A stretch of DNA of 59,288 bases, filler included, from Sphacelaria rigidula (GCA_964200075.2; 9 parts of 9 records of this genome joined end to end with filler, not necessarily neighbours in it), one strand, 5' to 3'. Shown: positions 23,725 to 36,377, numbered from the whole stretch's first letter. The notes: a model not told the origin generated them from the sequence alone. Numbers and translations: made by a program.

Positions 23725-24180
23725 GCGCACTCATTTGTTGCTTGCCTTGGTCGGTTGACCATTGACCATGCATCCCTTTTCGAGACGAAGCACCGTTCCT
23801 ACTACTAATAGAGACACCTCCAATATTCCGGTGCCCATGGCGTTTCTTCCACACATTGAACAAGGATTTTTTACATATGTTATCCTCGTCCTGTTTCACC
23901 GTCTGTAGCCACCATCTATCTCCTGGTATTACTATCGTTTTCTCGCTACCGTCTGATGCGTTGAACGATTTCATGCTATATTCGTTCACGTCCCGCATTT
24001 CCCCTCTGGCACGTTACGTTCCTCCTTGTAGAGTTCACATTCTGCCACAGTATGAGCTCTGCTCTCTCTTGCTTCGCCACGGGGGCAATTCTGTGCATCC
24101 ACTTCCTCATGCGGGCGGGGGTGTAGATGTTGGTGCAAATCTCGCCAACACGCAACAAGCGGAGTCGGAAAGTGTTTGGG
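23725..24180 (-). mobile_element. 3' end of a LINE ORF2 (decayed Cys/His knuckle region)
   Basis: EEVDAQNCPRGEARESRAHTVAECELYKEER...EKTIVIPGDRWW...SRNGASSRKG. The same terminus recurs at 52791-52865 and ~56840-56895. Confidence 0.75.
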
Positions 24181-24213
24181 CTGATGAGAGGTCGTCAGGA
24201 AAAAGGGTCACCG

Positions 24214-24265
24214 CCCATGTGCCCTGTATGCCCCATGTGCCCCATGTGCCCCATGTGCCCCATGT
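24214..24265. repeat. 9-bp tandem repeat (GCCCCATGT)n
   Basis: Read directly, about five to six units. Confidence 0.85.
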
Positions 24266-26297
24266 TTTTTCCAGGCCCATTTTTCGGGCCCCGTCTTGAG
24301 TTGTCCCTCGCAGGTAAACAGGTGTTGTGCGTGGTGTCTCCTTGAATTACTCTGATGACGCCCTGCCCCTTGTGCTTCGTCTGGTGCTGCCGTCGTCTCC
24401 CACTGCCATACACCGATTATAACTCAGGGACTGCCCCGCTTGCGGTTACAATTGCTTCGCCTCTCGCATGGAGTGCAACCGCTGCCACCAGCCCAAGCCT
24501 GCCCCTGGAGGTGGGGGCTACTAACAAGAGCCAGTATTTGCAATACTCTGTCAACGATGGTCTTCGCCCCGAAGAGGCTAAGTACCAAATGCAAATGTTA
24601 CCGGCCGCGAGGGAGCAAAAGTGTGTCGTGATTCACTGAAGGAAGTCACGAAGTACAACGAGAGCAAGCACAAAGCACAAAATGACGAGAGCCCGCACAT
24701 TTTTTTTTTGTTCTCCCATGACCTCTGCGAGTTGACCTTGTGTTCCTATTTTCGTGACCTTTAAACAGAGGTTTTTATATCGTTTTCATGGGCAGAAACA
24801 AAATATCGTCATGGTGCACAATCACAGGGGGAAGTGTTGAGGGCATCGGCACGATTTTTCCTCCTTCTCTCTCTTCTTTTTTTCATTTTTTTTCCGCCTA
24901 ATTCATCACCAATGCGGTGTCGGTACTGGAACGCGCTTTCCGGCAACGAAGCCAGTTGGGTGTCTCACATAGCACGATGATCGGGCAACATGTGGCGGAG
25001 GATAATACACACAATCCGGGAAACACGCCTGGCTTGGTGTTTTCCCTTCCTTCCTTGTCTCCTCGATTTTGTTGTGTGTTCGTTCACGTTCATTCATCGA
25101 TATGGTTGAGCTTGCAAGAGAGCGGGGGAAGGAGAGGGAGTGGGGGGCGTACCCACTTGTCGCTTGCCTTCATTTGATCATTGACTACGCATCTTTTTCG
25201 AGAAGAAGAGGGGATACGTGGCGCCCACACTGGAGTGTCCACGTTTTTTCCCTTGTAGTGTGTATGCCGCAAAGTCGAGGTTGAGCGATTAGGGGAGGGA
25301 GGCGTGAGGAGCGAAGTTAGGAAAATGGGGTTCCTTCTATCATCATAGTGGAATCATATTTTCCACTTGATCTAGCCAATATCCAAAATGCTGGGTGCTT
25401 TTTACGCCAGTCTCGGCACGTACACGTAACTGTCTGGAGAGTCGCCCATCAGTCAGTATATCACGATTCCAGCGTATTGTGGCACGGGTATCGGGGATGT
25501 GGGGGGTGATTATTATTCAGTGTCGAAACGGTACGTCCAAGGTGGTGGCTCCGAGAAAGACGTCAGGGACGTGCTTTTCGGCGTTTCTAGGCAGTGATTC
25601 AGTTCCGGCTGGTCTGGGTGGGTGGATGTGGAGTAGTGGCGGTCGAGGGAAGACGTGTTTTTTATTTTCCAGTTGTGTTCATCCACAGTGGCGAAGCGAG
25701 AGAAACGAAAATGTTATTCTGGGAGAGAAAATGAAGAGGGGTTTGAGTAAGTGGTGGTTCCGTTTAGGGTGAGTTTTCAGGCAGTCCGGGTGGGAGATGG
25801 TCGGTTTATCGAGCGTAACTACTTTGTCGTGGGGAAACTGTTGAACGGAGTAACGGGGTTCGGGAACGGTGGATGGGGTAGGTTAGGGGTGGGGGCAAGG
25901 GGTTCGGTGGGGCGATGGGGGGGGGGAAACCATGGTAGAGACGGGTGAACGGGAGGCGGTACAGGCGTGGATTATTCGATTACTTTTTTGTGTGTCTATG
26001 TTTTTTTTTTTCCTGTTGATTTGTTTTCAAGTCTGTTCGGTCATCTTCGCTGGGCGCGTCGTTTGTCACGATGGTCCTCTTGCCTCTTTGCTCTGGGCAG
26101 AGGGCGCCGCACTTACCCGCATCCCGAGTACGACTGTCAGATTTGGTATGGTTACTTCTGGTGACGTGCTGTAGGGTCTCGAATCACAGAAAGCACGCGA
26201 AACTGCAGGAGAAAAATCCCAGATGGACGTGCGTGAGATCCGGGGGGGGGGGTAATGGGGGGAGGGGGCGGGGGTGAGAGTTTATACGTGCGTGTGG

Positions 26298-26397
26298 NNN
26301 NNNNNNNNNNNNNNNNNNNNNNNNNNNNNNNNNNNNNNNNNTTAATTAATTAANNNNNNNNNNNNNNNNNNNNNNNNNNNNNNNNNNNNNNNNNNNN
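26298..26397. other. Artificial contig linker
   Basis: N44-TTAATTAATTAA-N44. Confidence 0.98.
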
Positions 26398-27048
26398 CCC
26401 TTTCCCCCCCCCCCCCTCTCCCCATCATTTATTTTTTTTTTTTTTTTTCGCGGGCTTTTCCCCCCCCCCCCCCCCCCATTGGTTTGACGGAGAGTCTGAA
26501 CTCTGCGCAGGGGATGATCATACTTGGTAGGAATTGGATGGTGAGACACCCGGGAGGCATTGCGTAACCCTTGGCTGTCTCTGGAAGTGGCAACGCAAGA
26601 AAAACGAAGCAACCCATGGGAAGCTGTCATCCATGTGCAAACTTCATCAGTAGGCTTCGGGCCGAACCATCTTAGCACAACCTCATGCGACTCGCCGAGC
26701 ACACCACGGCGCTTCGCGCTTGGTGATCGATTGCAAGCCTGGTCCAGCAAAAAACCGGCGTGCTTCGTCCCGGCTTTGTAGGGATGCGTTGTCAATGGTC
26801 ATACGGGTACGGCGTGCAAGATGGTGAGTTGCCCCCACCTTCCCCCCAGGTTACTGGTGTCTTCATGTTCCTCTCTTTCTTGCTATAAATACCGCATATA
26901 TATATGTATATAAATATACATTTTTCGTGACGAATGATAAATACATTGAAGATTGGAACTCTTCATCTCTTGTGTGAAGGATGTAATTACTTTCCAGAGG
27001 AATTGATGGATGACATCCCCTGCGCCCGCTGCGTGAAACTCTTTTAGA

Positions 27049-27409
27049 TGTAGCGGAGTCAAGCGTCCGTAGGTGAGTTAAGTAAAAAGTAGTTGACTGA
27101 GCTTGCTTGACGAGAGTTGACGCGGTGCGAAAGTGCTGGGCCAATCAAACCGCGAGACCAAAATACAAGGCGTGTACCGAGGAGAGATGAGTTGATTGGT
27201 CCCTTGAGAACTGTAGACTTGTCTGGAATCAGAAGAAGGTCACAGGGCTGCTCCAGAGGCTTCCTCCCCGTCAAGGACTCCAGATACTGCAATACTCAAG
27301 CAGTTACATAAACAGCTCTTCGTCAAAACCACGAGTGATCCCTGTTTTGCTCTCCCTGCAAACACAGCATTTTACGCATTCAATAATCATCCTCCAACCC
27401 ATTGTCACA
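27049..27409. mobile_element. Possible solo LTR
   Basis: TGTAGC...TGTCACA ends, ~360 bp, non-coding. No clean 5-bp TSD seen. Confidence 0.3.
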
Positions 27410-28390
27410 AGATCCAATCTGGTATCCACCTGCTACTGTACTCCTCATGCTAGATGTGCTACTGTACTTACTCTACAGACCATGGAATCGTCCCGAGGAT
27501 GGGGAGGGGCTGAAAGTATGTATAAAAAAAGTGCGTTTTAACCGCGTTCCCGGTTGAAAATGGAAACGCTCCATTTTCCGTGTATGGACAAGAAGAGATG
27601 CTAGGTGCTCGTGGGGCACCTGTCTCCCCGTTTGCAAGAGGCACGGTCTCTTTGTGTGTGGAATTGTTCTTCGCATCTTCCTCGAAGACACATGAAAGCA
27701 CGCAACGGATATCACGTCTCGCCGTCGAGTGAGGAATCGTACAGGTTTCCCATTTTTTTGTTTTTGTTTTCACTTGACCATTTTGAACATGTATAGTAGT
27801 ACATGTTTATCTCATCGTGAATATTGGAGCATTGAAGTATGGTCGTGCGGGGAGCCTTCGACTCGCTGACTTCACGTAGCATGCTCCTGGTATCCTTGAC
27901 GAAAACTGCTCGCCCGACGAACCGCTACCTGCTACTATTTTTTAGTATTTCATTCTTGGACGTTGATTGTATCGTAGAATAGTATCGAAGGAGCACGATA
28001 CACGTACCAACTGGAAGCCCGTCTTGTATTCATGGCCCTCTCTTTTGACTACCGAGCTTTTCCCAGGCAAGTTAACGCTGCAGGAATGTTCACTCGTACA
28101 TGAGAACCACGTCACAGAACCTTACCGCTCGCACACACACAGCATGGCTGTTATGGTCGCCGTGGAATGCACAGTAAACTCAAAATGTCTCAAACCAGTT
28201 AACTAACTCGCCGTCTAAAGGGCAACCCGTATTTCATTCTCACCTCATCCACTCCTCCCTTGAAAAACTTCGGCTCGAAAGAGATGCGTGGTCAATGATC
28301 AAACGACTAAGGCAAATCAACAAATAAGTATTCCCTCCTCCCCCTCCCCCTTCCCCTCCGAAACAAAAACACAAACACAAACATGAACAG

Positions 28391-28702
28391 TACCTGATCC
28401 CGGTGCTGGAAGACCTCGTCAGGGCCAGCCAAGCGGCGGCCGACGTTCGTGGTCAGCACGACCCCAGTGCATGGACAGCCGAAATCGAGACCCTCACGGG
28501 CAAGATCAACGACCTCGTCAACCGCCCAAAGAAAGCCAAGGGTGGATCGAGCAGCAGCGGTAGACGGGCTTCAACCGGCAGCAGAAAGACGCCCACGGGC
28601 AAAGGGAAAGCCAAGGGGAAGAGGGGTTCTTTGGGTGTAAGCGGAAGTGGAGGTGCAGAACAGACCGGGGGGAGGTCTGCGAAGAGATCTCGTCGTTCGT
28701 GA
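28391..28702 (+). CDS. Terminal exon of an unknown protein with a Lys/Arg/Gly-rich basic tail
   Basis: AC-rich acceptor AAACACAAACATGAACAG| followed by GC3-rich codons: YLIPVLEDLVRASQ...INDLVNRPKKAKG...KGKAKGKRG...SAKRSRRS then TGA. Confidence 0.7.
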   Translation, partial: YLIPVLEDLVRASQAAADVRGQHDPSAWTAEIETLTGKINDLVNRPKKAKGGSSSSGRRASTGSRKTPTGKGKAKGKRGSLGVSGSGGAEQTGGRSAKRSRRS

Positions 28703-31203
28703 TTTTTGTATATGGACATCGTGGATATGTCGATGGGTGCTCGGGGGGAGGTCCGTTGGTGGTCCAACATACCCCCCACCCCTCGCGATAATGCGTCCAA
28801 CAACATGTTTGTGAGCTTGGGAACGTATTTTGTTTTCGGAACGGGAATTATTTCTCGATTTACACCGGGACGGTTGAATCGTGTTGAACGGCCGTCACCC
28901 CCCTGAAAGCCGGTGATCTGACGGGGGTATTGGTGCAGAAAAAAATTGAAGTCGACGTGGTAAATGCAGAGCAATGAGGGAAAATGTGTCCCAAATAGAA
29001 TGGAACGCTGTGCGCATTTCCGGCCGTATCTCATGGAAGGCGTCACCGATTTCAAATCCGACTGCGCCAATATTCCCGTCAGATCACGAGCTTTCAGGAG
29101 GGTGATGGCCGTTTGGGACGATTTGATCGTCTTGGTGTGAATTACGCTCCGAAAAAACCATTTCTAATCTCACGAGCATGTTGTCCCTTGTCCATGGGAT
29201 TGGCGAACGGATTTGCCCGGAGTGGGGCGGGGAAGGGGGTGATGCCACGGACTTGTGCCAGCGCCACGAGGATGATATTCGCCGCCAGTCATTCGAATAT
29301 CGTTGGACATGCTGGTCAAAACGATATCGTATATTATTCGTTGAGAATGTATCCCAAGGTACGGGGATGCGCTCATGATTTTGCATGCGATAGCCATATG
29401 GCCCCTGCACTCGCATCCCTATCAAGCCCGGACGAAGCACGCCGAGTCGCCGCACCAGGCTCCCAATCAATCACCAAGCGCGAAGCGCCGTTTTGTGTTT
29501 AGCAAGTCGCATGACGGGTGAGCTGCGTCCTGTTAAGATTATTCGGCCCGAAGCGTATCCCGAGGTAGGGGGGGAGAGGAGAGAGGGGGTTTTCGAATTG
29601 TTGTGGCTGTAGGGCGAATATCGCGCGAAAAAAAGTGTCATATATCTGTCCCTGTTCCTACTTGCCTTGTAACTTGAGAACGGCGGGATTGCTCTGCAAG
29701 TGTTATTTGCTGATCGCCATGGCTTTTTGCGCAAATTGAGCGAGTTTTTTTTTATATGTATATTCCCCGTGCTTCGTTGATGGCGACCTTTTTACCCTTC
29801 ACGTTTTGTTGTGATGCTGCTGTCGGGGGGCGGGGCGGGGCGGGGAGGGGGGCGGGAATCGCGGTATACTAGTGGTGAAACATTTTTTTTTCTGCGTAAC
29901 TTGACGGTAGCAAAATGCTCACTTTGAATAGGGGGAGACGGATGTGTGGTGGCATTTCGTATGTGGTGGTTGTTATCGGATGGCACTGTGGGTTAGCAAA
30001 GGGAGTTATGATTGACGAGTATCGTGCTTGTATAACAGGAAAGCTGGAGAGGAGGACATGTCCACGCGGGTATAGCGCACATAAATGGATGTGACGGTAT
30101 CTTGCAGGGGGTGGAGGGAGGGGAGGGGGCGGGCGGAGCATGCATGACTTGTTGACGATATGTAGAAAGAAGGTGAAGAGGTATGAAGCACCAGGGGGAG
30201 GTGGGGGGGGTACCGTACTTCATGGGGCGTGTGCCGCGCACCACGTGCGAGAGGGCGCACTCTAGATCGATCAAGCCCTCGTCTCGTGTATATTTGATGT
30301 TGACGTTGTTGATCTAAACGCGTTGATCTGCTGTTTTCGATATGCAGACGAAATACATGACAAGCGCGCAAGCAGCGACTTGTCAGTCGTGTTCTTGAGA
30401 TCGACGGTACTGTAGCGCATACAAATCTCTTGGCGGTGCATAAAAAAAAGCGTGCGAAATCAGGCGAGTTTGAAAAAGGTGTGCTGGTCGAATGACGTGT
30501 ATGTTTGCCGCTTGGGTTGGCAAGGCGGGGCGGGGGGGGGGGTGGGAGTTTTCAGGGTGTTGTTGACATTTTGTACTGCTGATTGCAGATTTTGTTCGCG
30601 AGTTTTCATTTGCAGTTGTTTTTCAGCCAGGAGTTTGCGGGTCGTGTATAGGATTTAGACTCGGAAGGTTCTTCAGGTGTTTTTCTGACGGAAATAGAAC
30701 GTAAAGTATGACACCGCCGGACCTGAGTCTACGAATGAAGATTGCATGCTACGACGCATTGTTGTTCCAATGGAAATACCCTGTATAAATACTGGACTGT
30801 GCACGATCGTAGTGTTCTGTACACACAGTGACGCCAAATAACGTAGAACGAGCGCTGGAAACTTGACGGCTCCCTGAAATGAGGTGAAAAATGCTCCGCA
30901 CCAATAACTTTCCTTGAGCCCTCGTCGAAGAAACACGTGGAGCATACATCATTCTGAAAAATATCCAACCAGTGACTCTTGATAGCACACCACCATTCGA
31001 AAACTGGTGTTCATGCGAGTCCTGCGCCAAAAAAAACCCGGCGGAAAATACTCCTGGTTCTAATCTAGATCATCGCAGTCGGGTCATTGGAGCGCTCATG
31101 TTCCTGAGCGCCCACACGGCGTGCGCACATCGTGCGCAGCACGCCATGCGGTTCAGATCGGTGGTTCAGGCGCCGATTTGAGCAAAAACACTTCGCGCAC
31201 AAG

Positions 31204-32330
31204 CACGAGCTGGGTCAGCCTAGACACGCATTTAAGCTCTCACAGTCATAACCCATCGGCGTAGACGAATTGGGTCGTGACCCGCATATTACGTTTATCG
31301 TCCCATCAAGGGGCAGATATATGTCCGTCTGCTCTACATGGAGCCTGGGTGTTTTTTTTTCTCACTCATCGAAAGCCATATCGTGTCGTTCCGACACGGA
31401 ACGGAGACAGAGTTCATATTGAAGTCTTTAGGAACCCCTGAGCGTTGTGTGCAGCGCATGATGATTTTTGGTGTGAACCTTACCTGGAACACGAAGTAAC
31501 GATGGACATCCTCACCGCCACCTAATTCGTTATCTATCTCGATATGTGGTGAACATAAGATTCCATGCCGAACGCATTACTGCGAGAGGCACTAAATTCA
31601 TCAATCCGAGATTCTCACCCCAAGTTTGAGTGTTGTTGTTTGAAATTTCATATGGAGTATCACAAGGATATTCTAGAAGCAAAACTACGCGCACCGTGAT
31701 TTTTGTTCATAGCTTCCGGGAGTTACTGCGATATGTTTTTTGTTCTTGGCGCTTGACTCGGTTGCTCGGCTTGGTTTTCAGATTTGTGCGTCGAACGTTG
31801 GTATGGGGAATCGCAACGGCGTGAGAAAAACAAAACTGCGTGGAACATGTATTCTTTTTTTTTGAGTTACGGACATCTTGACATCTTGTTGAAGAAAATG
31901 GTCCCCATTACACTAAAACATCCTTGATTCCCGAAAACAAGATATCCCGCAGTTTTTCTCTTCATATTCGTCATGCTCTTGCGATTCTCCACACAATATT
32001 CAAAGCACAAGCATCAAAACTGGGTTGGTAAAATGGCCTACGATGCAGTTTCGAATTTCGACCGGCCAGCCTGTAAATCTGGAATTCTCATCTCAAATTT
32101 GAGTTGCGAATTCAAACTTGGTGTGGAGAATTTGTAGGGCATGATGCGTAATCTCCCCATCCTGGCATGTTCTTCTTTCTTCATAAGTTAGGGACGTTTT
32201 GGTGAAAAAATTGTTTTTTTGCTCTAACTACTGAAAAAGTAAACAAACCTCAGGGTGGGGAAGTATTATTTTCGTATGAGTATGCCATACCGATTCTCCA
32301 AACCAAACTTGAAACTGCAACTAAAGTACA
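31204..32330. mobile_element. Older, reverse-orientation copy of the CGAGCTGGG TIR family
   Basis: CACGAGCTGGGTCAGCCTAGA matches the reverse complement of 19380-19399. 31458-31615 matches the reverse complement of ~11485-11655. The right boundary is approximate. Confidence 0.65.
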
Positions 32331-32896
32331 GTACCTCACGTTCAAAGTAGGATAAGATTCAGTATCTCATCCTTATTTGGCGATTTTCTTAGGTTTTTTC
32401 CTCACCACCGCTCATTACATTGGGGATCTGAAGATACTGGTATCCGCTCCACATCCAGTATTGAGTGACTTACGGGCTGACCGGTCATCGGGTGTCCTGG
32501 CACTTTTTTGCCCTAGATTCTGACGCTTTGATATGTTTCGGTCGATCGGGTCTTTCCCGACCGTATTTGTGAAGAGATGAAAGGGCTTGCTTGATTTTTA
32601 AATTTTCACCTGCTCATTGCCCTTGAGCCGAAAAACTGTGTTTCACGGTCAATAATACCCTCCTGATAACGGGGTGTCTACCCGTACCGCCCGATAACAC
32701 CGACTAACACTAACGTGGAGACTGTGTTTTGAGGACGATCTGTTTATGTTACCAAAATCTACTGACGCCAGCACTTTCGAGTTCTATCCAAAAGTAGTAC
32801 GCGAGAAAGCCCCCAAAACAACCCAAAACAACAAATTGTGAGAATTGAGGTTTAACTTCGAGATGAGGCTCAAGCCCAAAACAGTGCTTTCCCCAC

Positions 32897-32996
32897 NNNN
32901 NNNNNNNNNNNNNNNNNNNNNNNNNNNNNNNNNNNNNNNNTTAATTAATTAANNNNNNNNNNNNNNNNNNNNNNNNNNNNNNNNNNNNNNNNNNNN
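32897..32996. other. Artificial contig linker
   Basis: N44-TTAATTAATTAA-N44. Confidence 0.98.
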
Positions 32997-33640
32997 GTAC
33001 TCGTCCGGGTCTTGATTGGGCGCCATAAGATGCTGTTGGAGGCCCCGCATCAAAATGCACCGTCTTTGTGACGAAGAATTGAGGTATTTCTTATTCAGAG
33101 CAATCCACGCAGCTTGGCCGTTTGGCTTTTGACCCTCGCGCGCGGCAAGGCTACTGACGAAGCTGTTGGCCGCTCCCTTGGTGGACAGCAGGAGGACGCT
33201 GAAGAGCTGCCTGTTGTAGCCATTCCAAACGTCCAGATCTGTTTGGTTGCTGATCGCCGTATCGGCGAACAGGTCGTCGGTAGGGACTGTTGACACGGGA
33301 ATTTCCGCGGAGCGCCCGCCGAGCAGGCCGCCCTCAGCTCCGCTGGCCTCGGTTCCTCCGGTCCTCCCGGAGTCAGCGCTGGCGCCGGTGTCGCCCCCGG
33401 AGCCTCTCGTCCTGCGGCTTGAGACGGCTGGGGTGGTCGCAGTACTCTGCAGAATCCTGCGCTCATAGGTGACGACGGGTCGAGGCTCGCCGTCCAGAAT
33501 CCGAGACATTTCGGGATGAAGAAGGTCAGCCGTTGCGCGGAGTGTTCTCCGTCACGGCACGAAGTGGTGACCATCGAACTTGCTGATACTCCTGATGAGT
33601 TGAATAGCCGCCGAAGTGGACTCTCCTATGATAGGCACTG
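32997..33640 (-). pseudogene. Ty1/copia gag (N-terminal part, one in-frame stop)
   Basis: SKFDGHHFVP*RRTL (FDGxxxxxW motif with W changed to stop), then WNGYNRQLFSVLLLSTKGAA...NGQAAWIALNKKY...LMAPNQDPDEY, typical of copia gag (UBN2-like). Confidence 0.85.
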
Positions 33641-33807
33641 GCGGTTGAACTAGAAGTAGTCGAAGATGGAGATGACATATCGTCGAAATTATTCTAGACG
33701 ATAATCTCCGGAGAATCGGGGTGGTCCTCGGAGGTGCTCCCTCGGAGGATGCGGCTTAAAGTGACGGACCTAGAAGAACGTCGATGCGGTGTGCTGATCA
33801 CGATCGA

Positions 33808-33818
33808 GGCGCATAACC
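33808..33818 (-). other. Copia-type primer-binding site
   Basis: GGTTATGCGCC immediately after the LTR-terminal CA, resembling the copia half-tRNA-iMet PBS GGTTATGGGCCCAG. Confidence 0.7.
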
Positions 33819-34212
33819 TGAAAGAACGAGGTAGTTCTTGATGTGGCGTGATATCTCAAGGAGATGCACAGAACTAGCACGGAGTGGCGGTAAAGCACAC
33901 TTGCTTGTCGAAAAGACTGATGTTGGGAATTGGCGCTTATGTGGCCGAGAATCTCAGTGAAGAGAGTGAAGAAGAAAAAGAGAGTGAGAGGGTGTGGGAG
34001 CAACCCACAAGTACCCTCGGATCAATGCGCTACGCCTCAGTTCTTACTTATGAGAATATTCTTACTTATGAGAATCCGACGACTTTACATTAGCCCGACA
34101 GAGACGGAAGCTTCGCTTACAATCTTAGAACAGTTGCAATCCTCTGAGGATGCGGAAGTTGTACTGCTATTTACCCGATATGAGCGACTATCGAAATAAG
34201 AGACCAATAACA
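33819..34212 (-). mobile_element. 5' LTR of the copia element
   Basis: Minus strand TGTTATTGG...TTCA, directly followed by the PBS and gag. Confidence 0.65.
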
Positions 34213-34399
34213 AATCTGTTGTGCTAACAGGCCCGACGATTTGTACGCGCGCTTCCGACGTCAATGCGCTGGAAATGAATGCGTTCGTCGAAAACATCGA
34301 TATACGTACAGTGCGCCCAGTTGTGACAAATTTAGAATGTCGGCCACAATGCTGAACGGGTTCTGCTCTGACGTTTATTGTTTTTTCTGTCGGATACCA

Positions 34400-34915
34400 C
34401 TGCATGTTTTGATTCTTGATTATCTCAAACACTTTCGAACCTTCATCTTTTCGCACTCTCGAAAACTGTCTACCTGTGCCCCACCCTTTTCCATCACTTC
34501 ATTGATGTGTGCATCCCAAGAACAGTTTTTTGAGAAGTCTACACCAAGGTATGTATACTGTTCCCCGATCGGCAGTTGCTCTTCTCCCCACTTTCATTTG
34601 AACTCTACCAGATGTTTCTCATCTTTGTTACTGACGCGTCCTCGCATTTGCTAATGTTCGCTGTCACTCTCCATTGCGTAGTGTATTCTAGCGCCTTTTC
34701 TATTTGTTTCTGCGATCCTTCTGGTGTTTCTGATACCCCGACGAAATCATCCGCGATCATCAATCCTGATACCATTTCTACACCCATCTTGACTGGTTGC
34801 TTTGCTGCTTCTATTGCTATCATCTGGTCATGAATAAGTACCTTGAATAAAGAGAGTGATGGCGTAAATTCTTGTGCAACTCCTGTCAAATATCAAAGTA
34901 TTTCGATATTTCCCC
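34400..34915 (-). mobile_element. Decayed LINE reverse transcriptase
   Basis: GVAQ...SLFKVLIHD...VSGLMIADDFVGVSETPEGSQKQIEKALEYTTQWRVTAN (RT domains 4-6, xADD motif). Confidence 0.85.
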
Positions 34916-34925
34916 GTTTAGCACC

Positions 34926-35154
34926 TGTAATGCGTGAGAGGACCGCGTGCTTAGAAGACCGCATCGGAATCCGAACACGCCGGTGGTTAGGGTTAGGGTT
35001 AGGGTTAGGGTTAGGGTTAGGGTTAGTGTTGGGGTTATGGTCAGGGGCGTGCTACCTGCAGGGACTGGCCCGACTGGTTTTGAAAAACATCAATCCTGAG
35101 GTGTTTTGAACTACGGGGCGGTCCTCTAAGCACGCGGTCCTCTCACGCATTACA
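34926..35154. mobile_element. MITE carrying interstitial telomeric (TTAGGG)n
   Basis: Near-perfect 37-bp TIRs TGTAATGCGTGAGAGGACCGCGTGCTTAGA... Six perfect TTAGGG units at 34987-35022 plus four degenerate units. Flanks are CACC and CATC. Confidence 0.85.
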
Positions 35155-35469
35155 CATCCTACAAGCGTCGTGTGTGCAACCACCTCAGAGTACCCGAAGA
35201 AGGGCATGGCCGTGTGGATATGAGGGGTGGGGGGGGAGAATGAGGGGTGGCGGCGGCGAGAGCGGCCGTAGATGGGGGTTATGGGCGGAGACGAGCGGGG
35301 ACGGATACGGGAGTGTTGGAAGTTGAGAAATAACAGTTCTGAATATACATACTCGAGATTAGCGGTAAAACCAGTAACGGTTCATCGTTAGAATATAGAT
35401 CGTCGGAATAACCGAAGTAGTGCAGTGTGTGAGATATTCATCGTAGAATACTGAATAGTGTATGTACTG

Positions 35470-35670
35470 TATAGCTCGTATACAGAGAGTCAGCATATTG
35501 TCAGAATATTCAAGGGTTGAGTACCAAGAGTCTAAGGTATCAACAGTTTAGATGGACAGTTTTATTGTGTCAAAGAGTTTTATTGACAGGGTGAAATAGC
35601 CCCACGCTTTTTACTCTCCAAAGCGACCCACCTCAAGCAAGCCTATCATCAGCTTGTTATTGGTTTCTGC
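35470..35670. repeat. Dispersed repeat, inverted homologue of ~46840-47027
   Basis: Shared blocks GTCTA.GGTATCAAC, ACGCTTTT, CCAAAGC, CCTCAAGCAAGCC. Confidence 0.6.
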
Positions 35671-35981
35671 GTTCATAAGGAACCAAGTGTTATATGTGCT
35701 TAATTTGAGTAATGCCCAGGTGAAGCGGCAATTTTAGCCATCTTTCTCTCTCCCACAAACAACTGTTGAACCAACACTGTGCAGCTTCTGCGAGCTCTCT
35801 TGTCAGAGCTGGGTTCACTTGGTGACCCGTGTTCCTGTCGAATTGAAAGTCGAACGTTGTGTGTGATACACACGCCACGATAGCCACATATATCTTTCAA
35901 CAGGTTTAGCATCCTCGCGGAACAGGGAGCGGGGGCGGGCGTAGTGGTAGCGGCGGTAGGGGGGGTGAGCACGGGCACGGG

Positions 35982-36016
35982 TGTAATGCGTGAGAGGACC
36001 GCGTGCTTAGAGGACC
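35982..36016. mobile_element. Single TIR of the TGTAATGCGTGAGAGG family attached to a different interior
   Basis: Matches 34926-34960 with one mismatch. Confidence 0.7.
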
Positions 36017-36377
36017 GTGTTTGAGTGTTTGTAGTTTCGTGACCCCGTGAGAGGATGGGGTGCAGACTCGACTCAGATAGTCGATCAATGGACACGACTG
36101 CGATAGTCGATCAATGGACACGGCTGACTGCCGATCAAGATGAGGTAGAAATGTATATGAAGCTTTGTTGATGAAGAGGGAAGGAAGGGGAATGATCGCA
36201 GTTGGGATCAAGGTCCCAACATGCGACGAGCACCACTCACGTATGTCCAGTCACGAACATCACAATATAAAGTCATCCCGCGTAGTACCCGGAACTCAAA
36301 CAGGTATATCACTAGACTGTTGTACCTTACCCTGACTAGGTGTATCTTACTGACCACCGCAGGCTATCCTACGAACA

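Noticed and set aside
25750..26240. Possible plus-strand exons (e.g. YPHPEYDCQIWYGYFW)
   Set aside because: In-frame stops, no consistent splice sites and no recognisable family.
33555..33565. TGG-to-TGA stops in TEs as evidence of RIP-like editing or recoding
   Set aside because: Too few cases. Ordinary transition decay explains them unless a consensus-based mutation spectrum shows otherwise.
34987..35046. True telomere or chromosome-fusion scar
   Set aside because: The array is short, unidirectional and enclosed by MITE TIRs.
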